A stretch of DNA of 64,000 nt. Source: Mobula hypostoma. Its lineage: Eukaryota. Below, piece after piece: positions 52,291 through 64,000 of the stretch (the stretch's first letter is position 1; each line of letters starts with the position of its first letter). The notes beneath the pieces were generated by a model that had not been told where the DNA came from, ran no database searches, and saw only the letters and a program-made list of their open reading frames with translations. The DNA lies in the NCBI RefSeq assembly GCF_963921235.1, contig NC_086108.1:8990001-9054000 (forward strand). The letters are read 5' to 3'. The position numbers were made by a program, and so were the translations under genes.

Positions 52291-52909
52291 GTAATATTTT
52301 TAACTTATTTAATTTGCAGTTTGTCTTCTTTTGCACATTGTTTTTTGTCAGTCTTTGTGTGTAGTTTTTCATTGATTCTATTGTATTTCTGTTCCACTGT
52401 GAATGCCTGTAAGAAAATGAATCTCAAGGTAGAATATGGTGACACGAATGTACTTTGAAAATAAATTTACTCTTAAACGTGAGATTCATTTCCTTGCAGG
52501 CATTTACAGGAAAATAAAGAAATACTATTGAATTTATGAAACATTACACAGAGGTCTGTTCGGGAATAATTCAGAAGATGCGAAGCTTAGGTGGTTGATG
52601 GTTGAGTTGAGTTGAGTTGATCTCTGAACTTGGCAATTTACTTGCAAATGTTTTGTCACCGTACAAGGAGACATTGTCAGTGCGCAGTTGATTTTGTAGT
52701 GGGTGGGAGGGAGGAACAGAGTTAGTTACTTGTCGTGTTCTGTGTTGTTCTGCCAAGCATTATGGGCATGCTACGTTGGCACCAGCTCGTGTGGTGACAC
52801 TTGTGGGCTGCCCATGGTTCACCATTAGGTTGTGTTGGTCATTGACACAAACGATGCAGTTCATTGAATGTTTTGATGTACGTGTGATAAATAAACCTGA
52901 ATCCAAACC

Positions 52910-53615
52910 TCCAATGTGCAAAAGAAGCCAAACTGCGCAAATACAAAAAAAATAATACTGAGAACATGAGTTATGGACTCCTTGAAAGTGAGTCTGTAGG
53001 TTGTGGAATCAGTTCAGAGTTGAGGTGAGTGAAGTTATCCACACTGGTTCAGGAGCCTGATGGTTGTGGGGTAATAACTGTTCCTGAACCTGGTGGTGTG
53101 GGACCTGAGGCTCATCGTGGTGAGTGAAGTTATCCACACTGGTTCAGGAGCCTGATGGTTGTGGGGTAATAACTGTTCCTGAACCTAGTGGTGTGGGACC
53201 TGAGGCTCCTGTGCTTCCTTCCTGATGGTAGTGAGAAGAGAGCATGGTCTGGATGGTCAGGGTCCCTGATGATAGGTGCCTCTTTCTGGTGGCAGTGCTC
53301 ATTACAGATGTTCTCAGTAGTGAGGAGGGCTTTGCCTGTGGTGGACTGGGCTCAATACACCACTTCCTGTAGAACTTTTCCATTCCTGGGCATTGGTGTT
53401 TCCATACCAGACCATGATGCTACCAGTCAATACACCCTCCACTCTGCACCTACAGAAGTTTGTCAAACTTTTAGATGACATGCCGAATCTGTGCAAAACT
53501 TCTAAGAAAGTAGAGGGGCTGCTGTGACTTTTTATGAAGATACTTATGGACCGGTCCCAGGACAGTTTCCTCTTTATGGTAACACCAAGGAATTTAAAGT
53601 TACTGACCCTCTCCA
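52910..53615 (-). mobile_element. LINE 3' fragment with two copies of the 95-bp unit (~53020-53210)
   Basis: ERVSNFKFLGV...LTNFCRC.VE remnant, then the duplicated unit with the CACCAC(G)ATGAGCCTC junction. Confidence 0.85.
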
Positions 53616-53674
53616 CCTCCGATCCCCGAATGAGGATATGGGGGCTTTTGAGGAAGAAATCACTGTGGCATTAC

Positions 53675-53823
53675 CTTTCCTGTGTTCTTCCACAGAGGGT
53701 AACGTTCCCTGGTACAGGTGGTATGGCAGAAGCCTGTGGACCATGTCCTGGTAAGATCGGAAGGGGGACTTGTAGTCCGGCTGGAGAACCGTGTCCTGAT
53801 CCATTCGCAGTCGGTCCAGGAGC
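53675..53823 (-). CDS. BICRA: BICRA coding exon (149 nt), GLTSCR domain start
   Basis: gttacag|G CTC...AAA G|gtaatg; LLDRLRMDQDTVLQPDYKSPFRSYQDMVHRLLPYHLYQGTLPSVEEHRK. Confidence 0.95.
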
Positions 53824-56689
53824 CTGTAACGAGGGCATAGGAATGTTGATTCAGGATAGCAGAGCAGAAATAGGAGCCCAAATATAACACCATCAGGAAT
53901 TCCATGGGATCACCTTTCCCAGGGTGAGGAAAATGTGGGAAAACTTGGAGAAGGGTGGGTGCTGGTGTGGCAGGAACACCAGCATAGAGCAAAGGAACCA
54001 AATAGCCTTCTTCAATGGTTGTCAGTGTCTAATCACCCTGGGGTTCTTGCTCGTACATCAGAAGACCCGGAAGCCCTTCATTCTACCTCATCAGCCCAAT
54101 CTCCATGTAGACTCAGCTGCCCAGAGGCACAGAAACAGGCCCTTCAGCCTATCTTTTTGACCATCCCATCTGATTCCATGTGCCGACATTAGGACTATAT
54201 CTGCCCATTCCTTGTCTGTTGAAGTGTCTGTCTAAATGCCTTTTGAACGCATTGACTGTGCCTATGTTTTATTCCGAGATACGGTGCAGAACAGACCCTT
54301 CTGGCTCATGAGCCACACCAGCAAGAAAACGAACCCATTCAACCCTAGCCTAACCACAGAGGACAACATACAATGACCAATTAACCTACTCCCTGAAACG
54401 TCTTTGGACTGTGGGAGGAAACCGGAGCACCTGGAGGAAACCCAGACGCAGTCACGGGAAGGATGTACAAACTTCTTACAGGCAGTGTCGGAACCGAACT
54501 CCAAGCTCGATGCCCCGAGCTGCAACAGGTCACACTAAGTCACACTACTGTGGCGCCCAAAACTGATACCACCACCTCCTCTGGCAGCGAGTTCAGGAAC
54601 TCTCTTTTCCCCCACCTGTCTCCTTCAAAACTCCTTCCTCTTAACTTAACCCTCTTGTTTTTAATCCTGAACGAGAAATGGATTCTGACAATCTACACTG
54701 TCAGAAGTCTCTTATGATTTTACATACGTCTAATCAGGTCACCCCTCAGCCATCTTGATTCCAGGAAAATAACAAGCCCAGCCTGTCCAAGACACAAGAG
54801 ATTCTGCAGATGCTGGAAACCTTGAGCAACACAGACACAGACACACAGCTGAAGGAACTCAGCAGGTCAGGCAGCATCCAGGGAGACGAGTAAACAGTCA
54901 ACGATTCAGGCCGAGATCCTTCATCAGGACTGGAAAGGAAGCGGGGGAGAAGCCAGAATAAGGTGGCTGGAGGGAGAGGACAAGCTGGCAGGTGATAGGT
55001 TCAAAGGTCAAATTTAATGTCAGAGAAATGTATACAATATACATCCTGAAATGCCAGATGAGGGGGAAGGTAGGTGCGTGGGACTTCCATGAAGGAAATA
55101 CTGATCCCAAATGGCCAGGAGAGGAAGTGTATTCGCTCCCTCTACCTGACAGGACTCACAACACTTCAACTAGCTCCCCAGCTTCCACTGAACAGGGCAG
55201 AATGGTTTGCCAGTTCTCCAGGGCTTTTGTTAACACCTCCACCAGTGAAGTGTCCCACTACTGAACTGAAAACTGCATACTGCTAAACAAGATGCTGGAG
55301 GAACTCAGCAGGTCCTTGGAGAGGAATAAACAGTCAACATTTTGCTGGGAGGTGACAGGTAACGGGCTGAAGGAGGAGGAGAGGAGAATGGGAGAAAGGG
55401 GAAGGAGGAGGGAACCTGGAGGAGGTGATGGGAACGTGACGGGGAGGACGCACGAAATACTGGAGGAACTCAGCAGATCAGGCAGCATCTGTGGAGAGGA
55501 GTGAACAGACAATGTTTCAGGCCAAGAACCTTCATCAGGACAGGAAATGAAGAGGTCAGAAGCCAGAATAAGGTGGCTGAAGGGGTGGGAGAGGAAAGAG
55601 TCCCAGCTGACAGGTGAGAGGGTAGGTGGGTGAGTGGAACTTGTCTTTTCATCTCTGTGATGAAGGGTCATTGATCGGTTGAGATTTACTCAGATTCTCT
55701 CCCCACATACGCTGCCTGACCTTCTGAGCATTCCTGGTAAAATCTGCTTCTGTTTACACCTCTAACATTCTGCTGGAGTTCTGTGTGTTTTTAAATGCCC
55801 CTAACTCACTGGCACGAATATTTCACCCAGACACACAAGTTCCTTCTTAAACTGGCTTCTAATCCCTGATGGAGGGTCTCAGCCCGATATGTCGACTGTT
55901 TATTCCCCTCCATAGATGCTGCCTGACCTGCTGAACTCCTCCAGCACAACACTTTACAGTCCCCGCAACCAGGGGTTCAATTCCTGCCGTTGCCTGTAAG
56001 GACTGGGTACGTTCTCCACGTGACCACGTGGGTTTCCACCAGGTGCTGCGGTTTCCTCCCACAGTCCAAAGCCAGTTGGTAGGTTAACAGGGCATTGTAA
56101 ATTGTCTGTGATCAGGCTAGGGTTAAATGGGGGATTGCTGGGTGGCGTGGCGTGAAGGGCTGGAAGGGCCTATTGCACACGGTATCTCAATAATTAAATA
56201 ACTGAGGTGTGTGAATGTGTGCGTACGCATTCCCTCAGCTGCAGAATCTCTTGCAGCTGTTTTGTCGCATTGCATGCTTGTGGGATCTTGCTGTGCACCA
56301 GTGTGACAGACAGACAGACACACACAAAATGCCAGAGGAACTCACAGGTCAGGCAGCATCTGTGGAGGGGAATAAACAGTTGATATTTTGGGCCGAGACC
56401 CTTCGTCACGACTGGGAAGGAAAGGGCAAAGGGGGACAGAGCCAGAATAAGAAGTTGGTGGGGGGGGGGGGTTCAATGAGTGCAAGCTGGCAGGGTACAG
56501 GTGAAGTCAGGTGAGGGGGAAGGTGGGTGGTTGGGATTTCCATCAGAGAAGAACCCGATTCCAAATGGCTGGCAGGGGAAGTGTCTTCTCCCCCTCTACC
56601 TGACAGCAAACTCCCCACCTCCTTCTGAACAGGACAGAACGCATTCCCAGCGCTGCAGAGCTCCCGTTAACTAACACCCGAGCCCCTGC

Positions 56690-57340
56690 ACCCACAAAGT
56701 GCCGGAGGAACTCAGCAGGCCAGGCAGCCTCTATCGAGAGGAATAATGAGTTGACATTTTGGGCCGAGACCCCTCATCAGGACCGGAAAGGGGAGGGGCA
56801 GAAGGCAGAATAACAAGATGGAGGTCTTAGGCGAGAGGGAAGGTAGGTGGGTTGGGAAGGCAATGAAGTGAGAAGCTGGGAGGTGAGATGTGGAAAAGAT
56901 AAAGGGCTGAAGGAGGGATCTGGTAGGAGAAGAGAGTGGACCATGAGAGAAAGGGAAGGAGGACGGGAACCAGAGGGAGGTAAAAGGCAGGTAAACGGAA
57001 GAGAAGGGGCGAGAGGGGAGCCATAATGGGAAGTGAGAGAAGTGAAGTGGGGGGTGGTGAAGTGACTGGAATTGAAGAAAACAGTTCATGCCATCAGGTT
57101 GGAGGCTACCCGAACAGAGAAGTTCTCCATCCTGACAGTGGGCTCATCATGGCAGTACAGGAGGTCATGGACAGACATGTCGGAATGGGAATGGGGATTG
57201 GAATGAAAATAGGTGGCCACCAGGAAATGCTCCCCGCTGTGGATGGGGCGAAGGACTTGTTTGTACAAGTTCACAGTGCCAAGAGGTGGGGCAGGAGGAC
57301 GCGATTCGAGAGCCACTGGATCCATCAGGAAAGAGAATTT
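56690..57340 (-). mobile_element. Penelope-like element 3' end (GIY-YIG remnant + hammerhead-bearing terminal repeat)
   Basis: VATYFHSNPHSHSDMSVHDLLYCHDE remnant, ...ATGGCATGAAC, then GTCCTGATGAGGGGTCTCGGCCCAAAATGTCAAC. Confidence 0.7.
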
Positions 57341-57387
57341 TCTTTGTGGTTTCTGGCTGCCACTCGCTGAGGTAGGGTGCCACTTAC

Positions 57388-57449
57388 ACAGACTCCTTTG
57401 CCGGCTGAAGAGACGCTGCTGTCTTCAATCCTCCTAATTTACTCTCCAT
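57388..57449 (-). CDS. BICRA: BICRA coding exon (62 nt)
   Basis: ttcttcacag|ATG GAG...TCT GT|gtaagt; MESKLGGLKTAASLQPAKES(V), resembling the mammalian YESKLSGLKK...LQPSKEA exon; phases fit neighbours. Confidence 0.9.
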
Positions 57450-58149
57450 CTGTGAAGAAAAGCAAACAGTTCAATGCCCAACCACGTCAGTAGTCAGAAT
57501 CAGGTTTATTGCCACTGACATATAGTACTATGCACAAGTCTTAGGTACGTACATATAGCTAGGGTGCCTAGAACCTTTGCACAGTACTGTAGTAATTCTG
57601 TGTATTGTTCTGTATCTCTGCCGCAAAAAAAGAAAAACAAATTCCATGACATGCCAGTGATGATAAACCTGATTCTGCTTTGGGACCCTATTGTGGGCTG
57701 AGAGTGTGAAGTGGGCAGGGAGAGGGGAATCGTGTTGGGAAAAAGGGGAAAGGAGAGGGGAAGGAGCGGGAAGCACCAGAGAGACTTTCTATAATGAACA
57801 ATAAACCAATTGCTTGGAATCAAATGACCTTGCCTGGTGTCTCAGGGCTGGGTGAGTCTACATCCGCACCACTCCTGCCCCTGGCACTCCTTCTCTGCCA
57901 CCTGTCCCGTGGCACTCCACCCTCACCATTCCCAGCATCCTTTGCTCCCACCAGATGCACAAACTCGCTCACTGCTCCACGTTGACAAATACAGTCCTGC
58001 TCGGCACCCTAGTTTTTCTATATATATATATATATATACACTTAAGACTTTTGTGCAATACTGTATGTCATCAAATTTGTTGTTTTTGTGGCAGCAGTTC
58101 CGTGCAAGACAAAAATATTACTGTAACTCACAACAATAAAATTAACAAA

Positions 58150-58540
58150 TAGTGCAAAGAGGAGTAATAGTGAGATAGTGTTCATGTGCTCATGGGCTGT
58201 TCAGAAATCTAATGCTGGTAGGGAAGAAGCTGTTCCTAAAAAAATTAGGAGTGTGCCTTCAGGCTCCTGTACCTCTTCTCTGACGGTAGTAATGAGAAGA
58301 GAGCACATTCTGGGTGGTGAGGGTTCTTACTGATCGATGCTACCTCCTTGAGGTATCCCCTTTTGACGATGCCCTCAGTGGTGGGGAGGCTAGTGCCCCT
58401 GGTGGAGCTGGCTGAGTCAACAACTCTCTGCAGCTCTTTCTGATCCCGCGCAGTGGCCCCTCCATACCAGACAGTGATGTAACCAGTCAAAATACTCTCC
58501 ACCATAATCTGTAGACATTTGCTCGGGCCTTTGGTGGAGG
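58150..58540 (-). mobile_element. Rex/L2-like LINE 3' fragment
   Basis: VESILTGYITVWYG...LQRVV...HP..ALFSLLPS.KRYRSL. Confidence 0.8.
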
Positions 58541-59386
58541 GAACTCACAGGGAGTTGATAGGGAATACTGAATAGCAGTGGCCCAAGGTTGCTGCACAGC
58601 GAGCATCAGGTCCTGGGTTGCCAGGTCATCCCACCACTCTACAATTCCTAGCTTCCTCTCTGGTATGAGTTAATGCTTCAGGTCAGCGAGTCCCTTCTCA
58701 CGGGATAAAGGGACTGTTGGAATCAGTTGTTTATGTTTTTAATTGAGTATTAATGATTTTTTTTGAGCAAGACTGAATCTGTAGTTTTACTAACATACTC
58801 TAACCTGCATGTTTCACAATATGTGGTGTTGGACTCCACCTACTGGTGGAAACACAATATGACATTTCATCACCTTCTATTTTTTTCATTGGCTGAATGT
58901 TACACAGGTGTAGATGTTTATCTTCCAATAGCCCCGCCCTTATCTCAGGAATTTGCCTCACTCAGTATCAAAGTGTCTGTTCCTGCAAAAATTGCCATCT
59001 TAGTTCTCTCTGTTCTTAGTTCTTTAGATTCATGTGTTCTGTATCTTTGTTTTAAGCTTTCAGTAAGTGATTGTGAAGCAACAAGTTTTCAACTCATTCT
59101 CGGACTCCTAAAAGAATCTGCGGATCAGAAATCACCAGATCCAACAGGACTGAGACCAGAGGTAGGGAACCCTTGGGATTCTCCCCACTGAGGGCTGAAT
59201 GGATAAGACTGAAACGGATGGATATTTCGGCGTGGACGGAATTGAGGATCCGTCCAGGCAGTGGACGAGAAAATCAAACTGAAACCTGGATTGTGAGGCC
59301 CCACGATGATGGAGCGGTGTCACCAAGGACCCACAGCATCCAGGACATGCTCTCTTCTCACTGCTGCTATGACGAAAGAGGTACAG

Positions 59387-60182
59387 TAGGGCTACGGTAG
59401 GAAACTCTGTCACATGGTGTGAGCAGAATTATCTGCAGCTTAATGTGAAAAAGACTAAGGAGCTGGTGGTAGACCTGAGGAGAGCTGAGGTACCAGTGAC
59501 TCCTGTTTCCATCCAGGGGGTCAGCGTGGACATGGTGGAGGATTACAAATACCTGGGGATACGAATTGACAATAAACTGGACTGGTCAAGGAACACTGAG
59601 GCTGTCTACAAGAAGGGTCAGAGCCGTCTCTACTTCCTGAGGAGACTGAGGTTCTTTAACATCTGCCGGACGATGCTGAGGATGTTCCTCGAGTCTGTGG
59701 TGGCCAGTACTATCATGTTTGCTGTTGTGTGCTGGGGCAGCAGGCTGAGGGTAGCAGACACCAACAGAATCAACAAACTCATTCGTAAGGCCAGTGATGT
59801 TGTGGGGATGGAACTGGACTCTCTGACGGTGGTGTCTGAAAAGAGGATGCTGTCCAAGTTGCATGCCATCTTGGACAATGTCTCCCATCGACTACATAAT
59901 GTACTGGGTGGGCACAGGAGTACATTCAACCAGAGACTCATTCCACTGAGATGCAACACTGAGTGTGATAGGAAGTCATTCCTGCCTGTGGCCATCAAAC
60001 TTTACAACTCCTCCCTTGGAGGGTCAGACACCCTGAGCCAATAGGCTGGTCCTGGACTTATTTCATAATTTACTGGCATAAATTACATATTACTATTTAA
60101 CTATGGTTCTATTACTATTTATTATTTATGGAGCAACTGTAACGAAAACCAATTTCCCCCGGGATCAATAAAGTATGACTAT
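59387..60182 (+). mobile_element. Young 5'-truncated Rex1/Babar-like LINE with 13-bp TSD
   Basis: Open 199-aa ORF2 end (KKTKELVVD...YKYLG...SRLYFLRRL), AATAAA + (TATGAC) tail; GAAAGAGGTACAG at 59374-59386 and 60183-60195. Confidence 0.92.
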
Positions 60183-61503
60183 GAAAGAGGTACAGGAGCC
60201 TCAGAACCCACACCACCAGGTTCAGGAACAGTTATTACCCCACAGCCATCAAGCTCATGAACTCAATTTCACTCACCCCAACACTGTTCTCATAACCCAT
60301 GGACTCACTTGTAAGGACTCTTCATATCATGTTCTCGATAGTTATTGCTTTTTTTATATATTAGCATAGTTGGTTGTCTTTTGCACACTGGTCATTTGTC
60401 CATCTTGTTACGTGCAGTTTTTCATTGATTCTGTTGTGTTTATTTCTATTTACTGTGAATGCTCACAAGAAACCGAATTTCAGGATTGCATACGGTGATC
60501 TATATGTACTCTGAGAATAAATTTACTTCGAACTTTGGCACGACAAACCTGATGAGCAGGAACTGAAGCGGCCGGCACCAGCTGCGTCAACCCTTTCCCG
60601 AGGAGTTGGATTTGGATTGGCCCTTTGGACAAGTTCATGTTCAGACCCGAGACTGAACTGATCACTCCAGGTTTTGTCTGCGAGGGCCAAGAACAACAAA
60701 TGGGTCACCAAATGGGGGCAAGGACATTTGCACTGCGTGGTGTCGAGAACAGCACGTGAAGCAAGGCGTACGGTACGGTAATGCCACCCAAAGTCACTTC
60801 TGGAAAAAAAACATGCAAACCAGACTTGAGGTTTATAACTGAAGCGGAAGACGAGTTGGACTCCATTGCTGTGCGGTGCACTAGCTTGTGACGAAGACTG
60901 TTGTACCATCACTCTGCGAGTCAGGACACTCAGGGACTTGGACTAAATATGTATATGTTTTCTTTGTGACCGTATGTTTTATTGCTGTCGTAACACTATG
61001 TGCAGTGTGCTTTTGGTAATGTGTTTGGCACCCTGGCCCCAGAGGAACTCTATATTAATGTGTCCAGGCCCCCAAGTATATCGAGGAGATTGAACCCAAC
61101 ATCTGGGTGGAGAGTTGAGCACAGGGATGAATCCGAAAGGAGGCCAGGTCCTAGCCCCAGAGCATATCTAGGGGACTGAACCTGATGTTTGGACGTCGAT
61201 TTAGGCACCGGGCCAGACTAAAAAGGTCAGGGTCTGGGGGCCCGGTTCAGGTCACTGTTCCATGGCTCAGCTCAGCACTGAACTATGGGTCTTGGCTCTC
61301 TTTGCGGACTTCAGTTCAGGATGCTGGTTGCTTGCATTTATTGTTTGTATGGTATGTATTTTTCTCTGCACGTTGGGTGTTCAACTGTCTTTTTTTTAAA
61401 TATATGGGTTTCTTTCAATCTTTTATCAATGATTTTTTTTACACAGGCATGATGTGATTTTATTCTCTGCACATTAGATGTTCGACTGTCTTTTTTTTTA
61501 ACA

Positions 61504-62521
61504 TAGCTGCAAGAAAAAGTTTGAGAACCCTTTGCAGTTACCTGGTTTTCTGCATTAATTACTCATAAAATGTGGTCTGATTTTCATCAAAGTCGCAATA
61601 ATAGACCAACACAATCTGCTTCTACTAATAACACACAAACACACAAGAATAGTGCTCACAGAAGGAACCATTCATGGCGGAAACCACTGTTCTCCAATAA
61701 AAAACATTGCTGCACATCTCAAGTTTGCAAAAGATCACCCGATGTTCCATAATGCTTCTGGGACAGTGCTCAGTGGACAGATGAGACAAAAGCTGAACTT
61801 TTTGGCAGAAATGCACACCGCTATGTTTGGAGGAAGAAGGGCACTGCACACCAACATCAAACCAAAACCCAACTGTGAAGCATGGTAGAAGCAGCATTGT
61901 GGTTTGGGGCGCTTTGCTGTCTCAAAGCCTGAACAGCTTGTGATCATTGAGTGATCAATGAATTTAAAATTGTATCAAGACATTTTTCTGAGAATGTGGT
62001 CCGTTACCTGAACTTAATTGAAGTTGGATGATGCAACAAAACAATGATCCAAAACACAAGAGTAAATCAACAACAGAATGGTATAAAAAGAAGAAAATTC
62101 ATGTATTGGGATGGCCAAGTCAGATTCCAGATCTTAACCCAATGGAGATGCTCTAGCATGACCTGAAGAGGGCTGTTCATGCAAGGTATCCTAGAAATAT
62201 TGAGAACTGAAAGAGTTTTGTATGGACGAATGGCCTAAAGTTCCTCCTCACCGTTGTGCAAATCTGATCAGCTGCAGGAAACGTTTGGTGCTGAAAGAGG
62301 TTCTACCAGATATTAAATACAAGGGTTCACATACTTCTTCCAGCCTGCACTGTGAATCATTAAACAATGTGTTCAATAAAAAGATAAAAAGTACAATTGT
62401 TTGTCTGTTATTAGTTTAGGCAGATTGTGTTTTTCTATTATTCTGACTGAGATGAAGATTTGAACACATTTTATGAGTAATTAACGCAGAAAACCAGTTC
62501 ACAAACTTTTTCTTGCAACTC
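61504..62521 (+). mobile_element. Internally deleted Tc1-like transposon
   Basis: Inverted termini (AGCTGCAAGAAAAAGTTTG.GAAC / GTTCACAAACTTTTTCTTGCAACT, then TA); transposase remnants [31 protein letters not shown]. Confidence 0.9.
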
Positions 62522-63039
62522 TATACGGGTTCTTTTGGGTTTCTTTGTTTTGTCGCTGCATGTTAGAAGACAAATCTCAAGCTTGTGTAAAGTATACAAA
62601 CTTTGATAATAGATGCACTTTGAATTTTCTGTGTGGTTTGAATTAAACTTGATAAGTGTGATGGCTCCTGCCCTCAGCACCTGCTCTCCCCTCCACGTGG
62701 CTGTTGCATCCTGTCCATACAGACGGTGTGCTGAAAGCTGGGTGATGGCAACAGATACCAGTCAAAGGAGCCACCAGATCTGGGCACCGTCCACAGATGA
62801 ACATGACCAACATTTCCCCAGACCCACAGACAGTTAACCCCCACGGGCACCAACCCTCTTCGGCAAACCCACCAGCACACGTCGGAATGGAAGCCTGGCC
62901 TTCCGCACACTGAAGTGATCAGATTAGCTGTATCTGTCATACAGTGAGGTGGGCTTTCGCATCAATGACCACCATGGTCTGAGAATGTGCAGCAGTGTCA
63001 CCACAATTCTGGCACCAACAAAGTATGCCCACAATTTAA

Positions 63040-63243
63040 GCAACACACATCAAAGTTGCTGGTGAACGCAGCAGGCCACGCAGCATCTCTAGGAAGAGGT
63101 ACAGTTGACGTTTCGGGCCGAGACCCTTCCAAAACATCAACTGTACCTCTTCCTAGAGATGCTGCCTGGCCTGCTGCGTTCACCAGCATCTTTGATGTGT
63201 GTTGCCTGAATTTCCAGCATCTGCAGATTTCCTCGTGTTTGCC
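63040..63243. mobile_element. Fold-back (inverted) pair of Penelope terminal repeats
   Basis: ~74-bp arms 63040-63113 and 63132-63205 are near-perfect reverse complements; the loop holds the hammerhead stem II. Confidence 0.85.
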
Positions 63244-63461
63244 CACATCTTACTACCCTTTACATCTTTGGACTGTGGGAGGAAACTGGAGCACCCGGAG
63301 GAAACCCGCGCAGTCACGGGGAGAACGTAGAAACTCCTTACAGACAGTGGTGGGAACTGATCCCTGATCGCTGGGGCTGTAAAGCGTTATGCTAACCGTT
63401 ACGTTACCCTGCTGCCCGCGGTAACAGATGGGTGTGGCAGGAAGCTCAGGAGGTTCCCTAC

Positions 63462-63604
63462 CTGTAGCGAGGGCTGAACCTGGTGCGTCGTGAGAGGCTT
63501 CATCTGCAGGGGGACCGTCGCTCCTTGCTGTAGGAGGCAGGGAGCTCCGGACGCAGCTCCTGGGATGACCTTGCTGTCTGGAGACCGTGTTGTGGCCGTG
63601 GCGC
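63462..63604 (-). CDS. BICRA: BICRA coding exon (143 nt)
   Basis: ttttgtcag|GC GCC...CTA CAG|gtaggg; open frame ending SLQ in phase 0 into the 57449 exon. Sequence similarity to mammals is weak, so the call relies on splice sites and position. Confidence 0.7.
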
Positions 63605-64000
63605 CTGACAAAATAAATGCAACAAGGTTTAATGAGGCAGAGGAAGAGAGTCCAACACTGCCCGGATCATGTTCCATGTCCCCTTATCACAGAGAAAGAG
63701 GCCACTCAGCCCTTCGAGTGTCTGACAGCTCACAACTCATTCCCCAATCTTTCCCCCTCACCTCAGCACCAGGAGAATATTACAGTGGTGGCCAATTAAC
63801 CATTAAGATGTGGGAGGAAACCGGAACTTCTGGGGGAACCCACATGGTCACAGGGAGAGCATGCAAACTCCACATAGACAGTGCTGGAGGTCATGGTTAA
63901 ACCTGGAGATGGTGCCTCACAACTATTATTAGCTGTGTTACTGTGATGCCTGCTGAAGCTCCAACTACAATCTGCTTGTGCTACCCGTCTGCACGGTTAC

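Noticed and set aside
63475..63482. Alternative in-frame BICRA donor CAG|GTTCAG
   Set aside because: Weaker than CAG|GTAGGG at 63461, and the latter keeps the ...LQ exon end.

Overview
Vertebrate genomic DNA, most likely a cartilaginous fish (ray-like; inferred from the repeat families). Two spliced protein-coding genes lie in tandem on the minus strand. The last six coding exons of BICRA/GLTSCR1 (63604 to stop at 34980) are followed by a probable ~6 kb 3' UTR ending at an AATAAA near 28970. The first two coding exons of EHD2 (25767-25370, 9227-9130) follow, and the remaining EHD2 exons must lie left of the window. All exon junctions are GT-AG and phase-compatible. Introns are packed with transposons: a full-length frameshifted CR1 nested in a Rex1/Babar-like LINE, many CR1 and Rex-like 3' fragments, HE1/V-SINE-like SINEs, a Tc1 remnant, a Tigger-like end, and hAT MITEs. 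There are also >15 Penelope-derived terminal repeats carrying a minimal hammerhead ribozyme motif, several arranged as fold-back hairpins. Unusual tandem arrays include a 2.2 kb 28-bp TTAGGG-containing G-rich minisatellite and a compound (GA)n minisatellite that reads as ~40 decoy 3' splice sites in EHD2 pre-mRNA. A 95-bp LINE-tail-derived unit is amplified at three separate loci with the same junction, and a 50-bp array shows higher-order structure. No prokaryotic-type system (CRISPR etc.) is present, and most listed ORFs are repeat artefacts.
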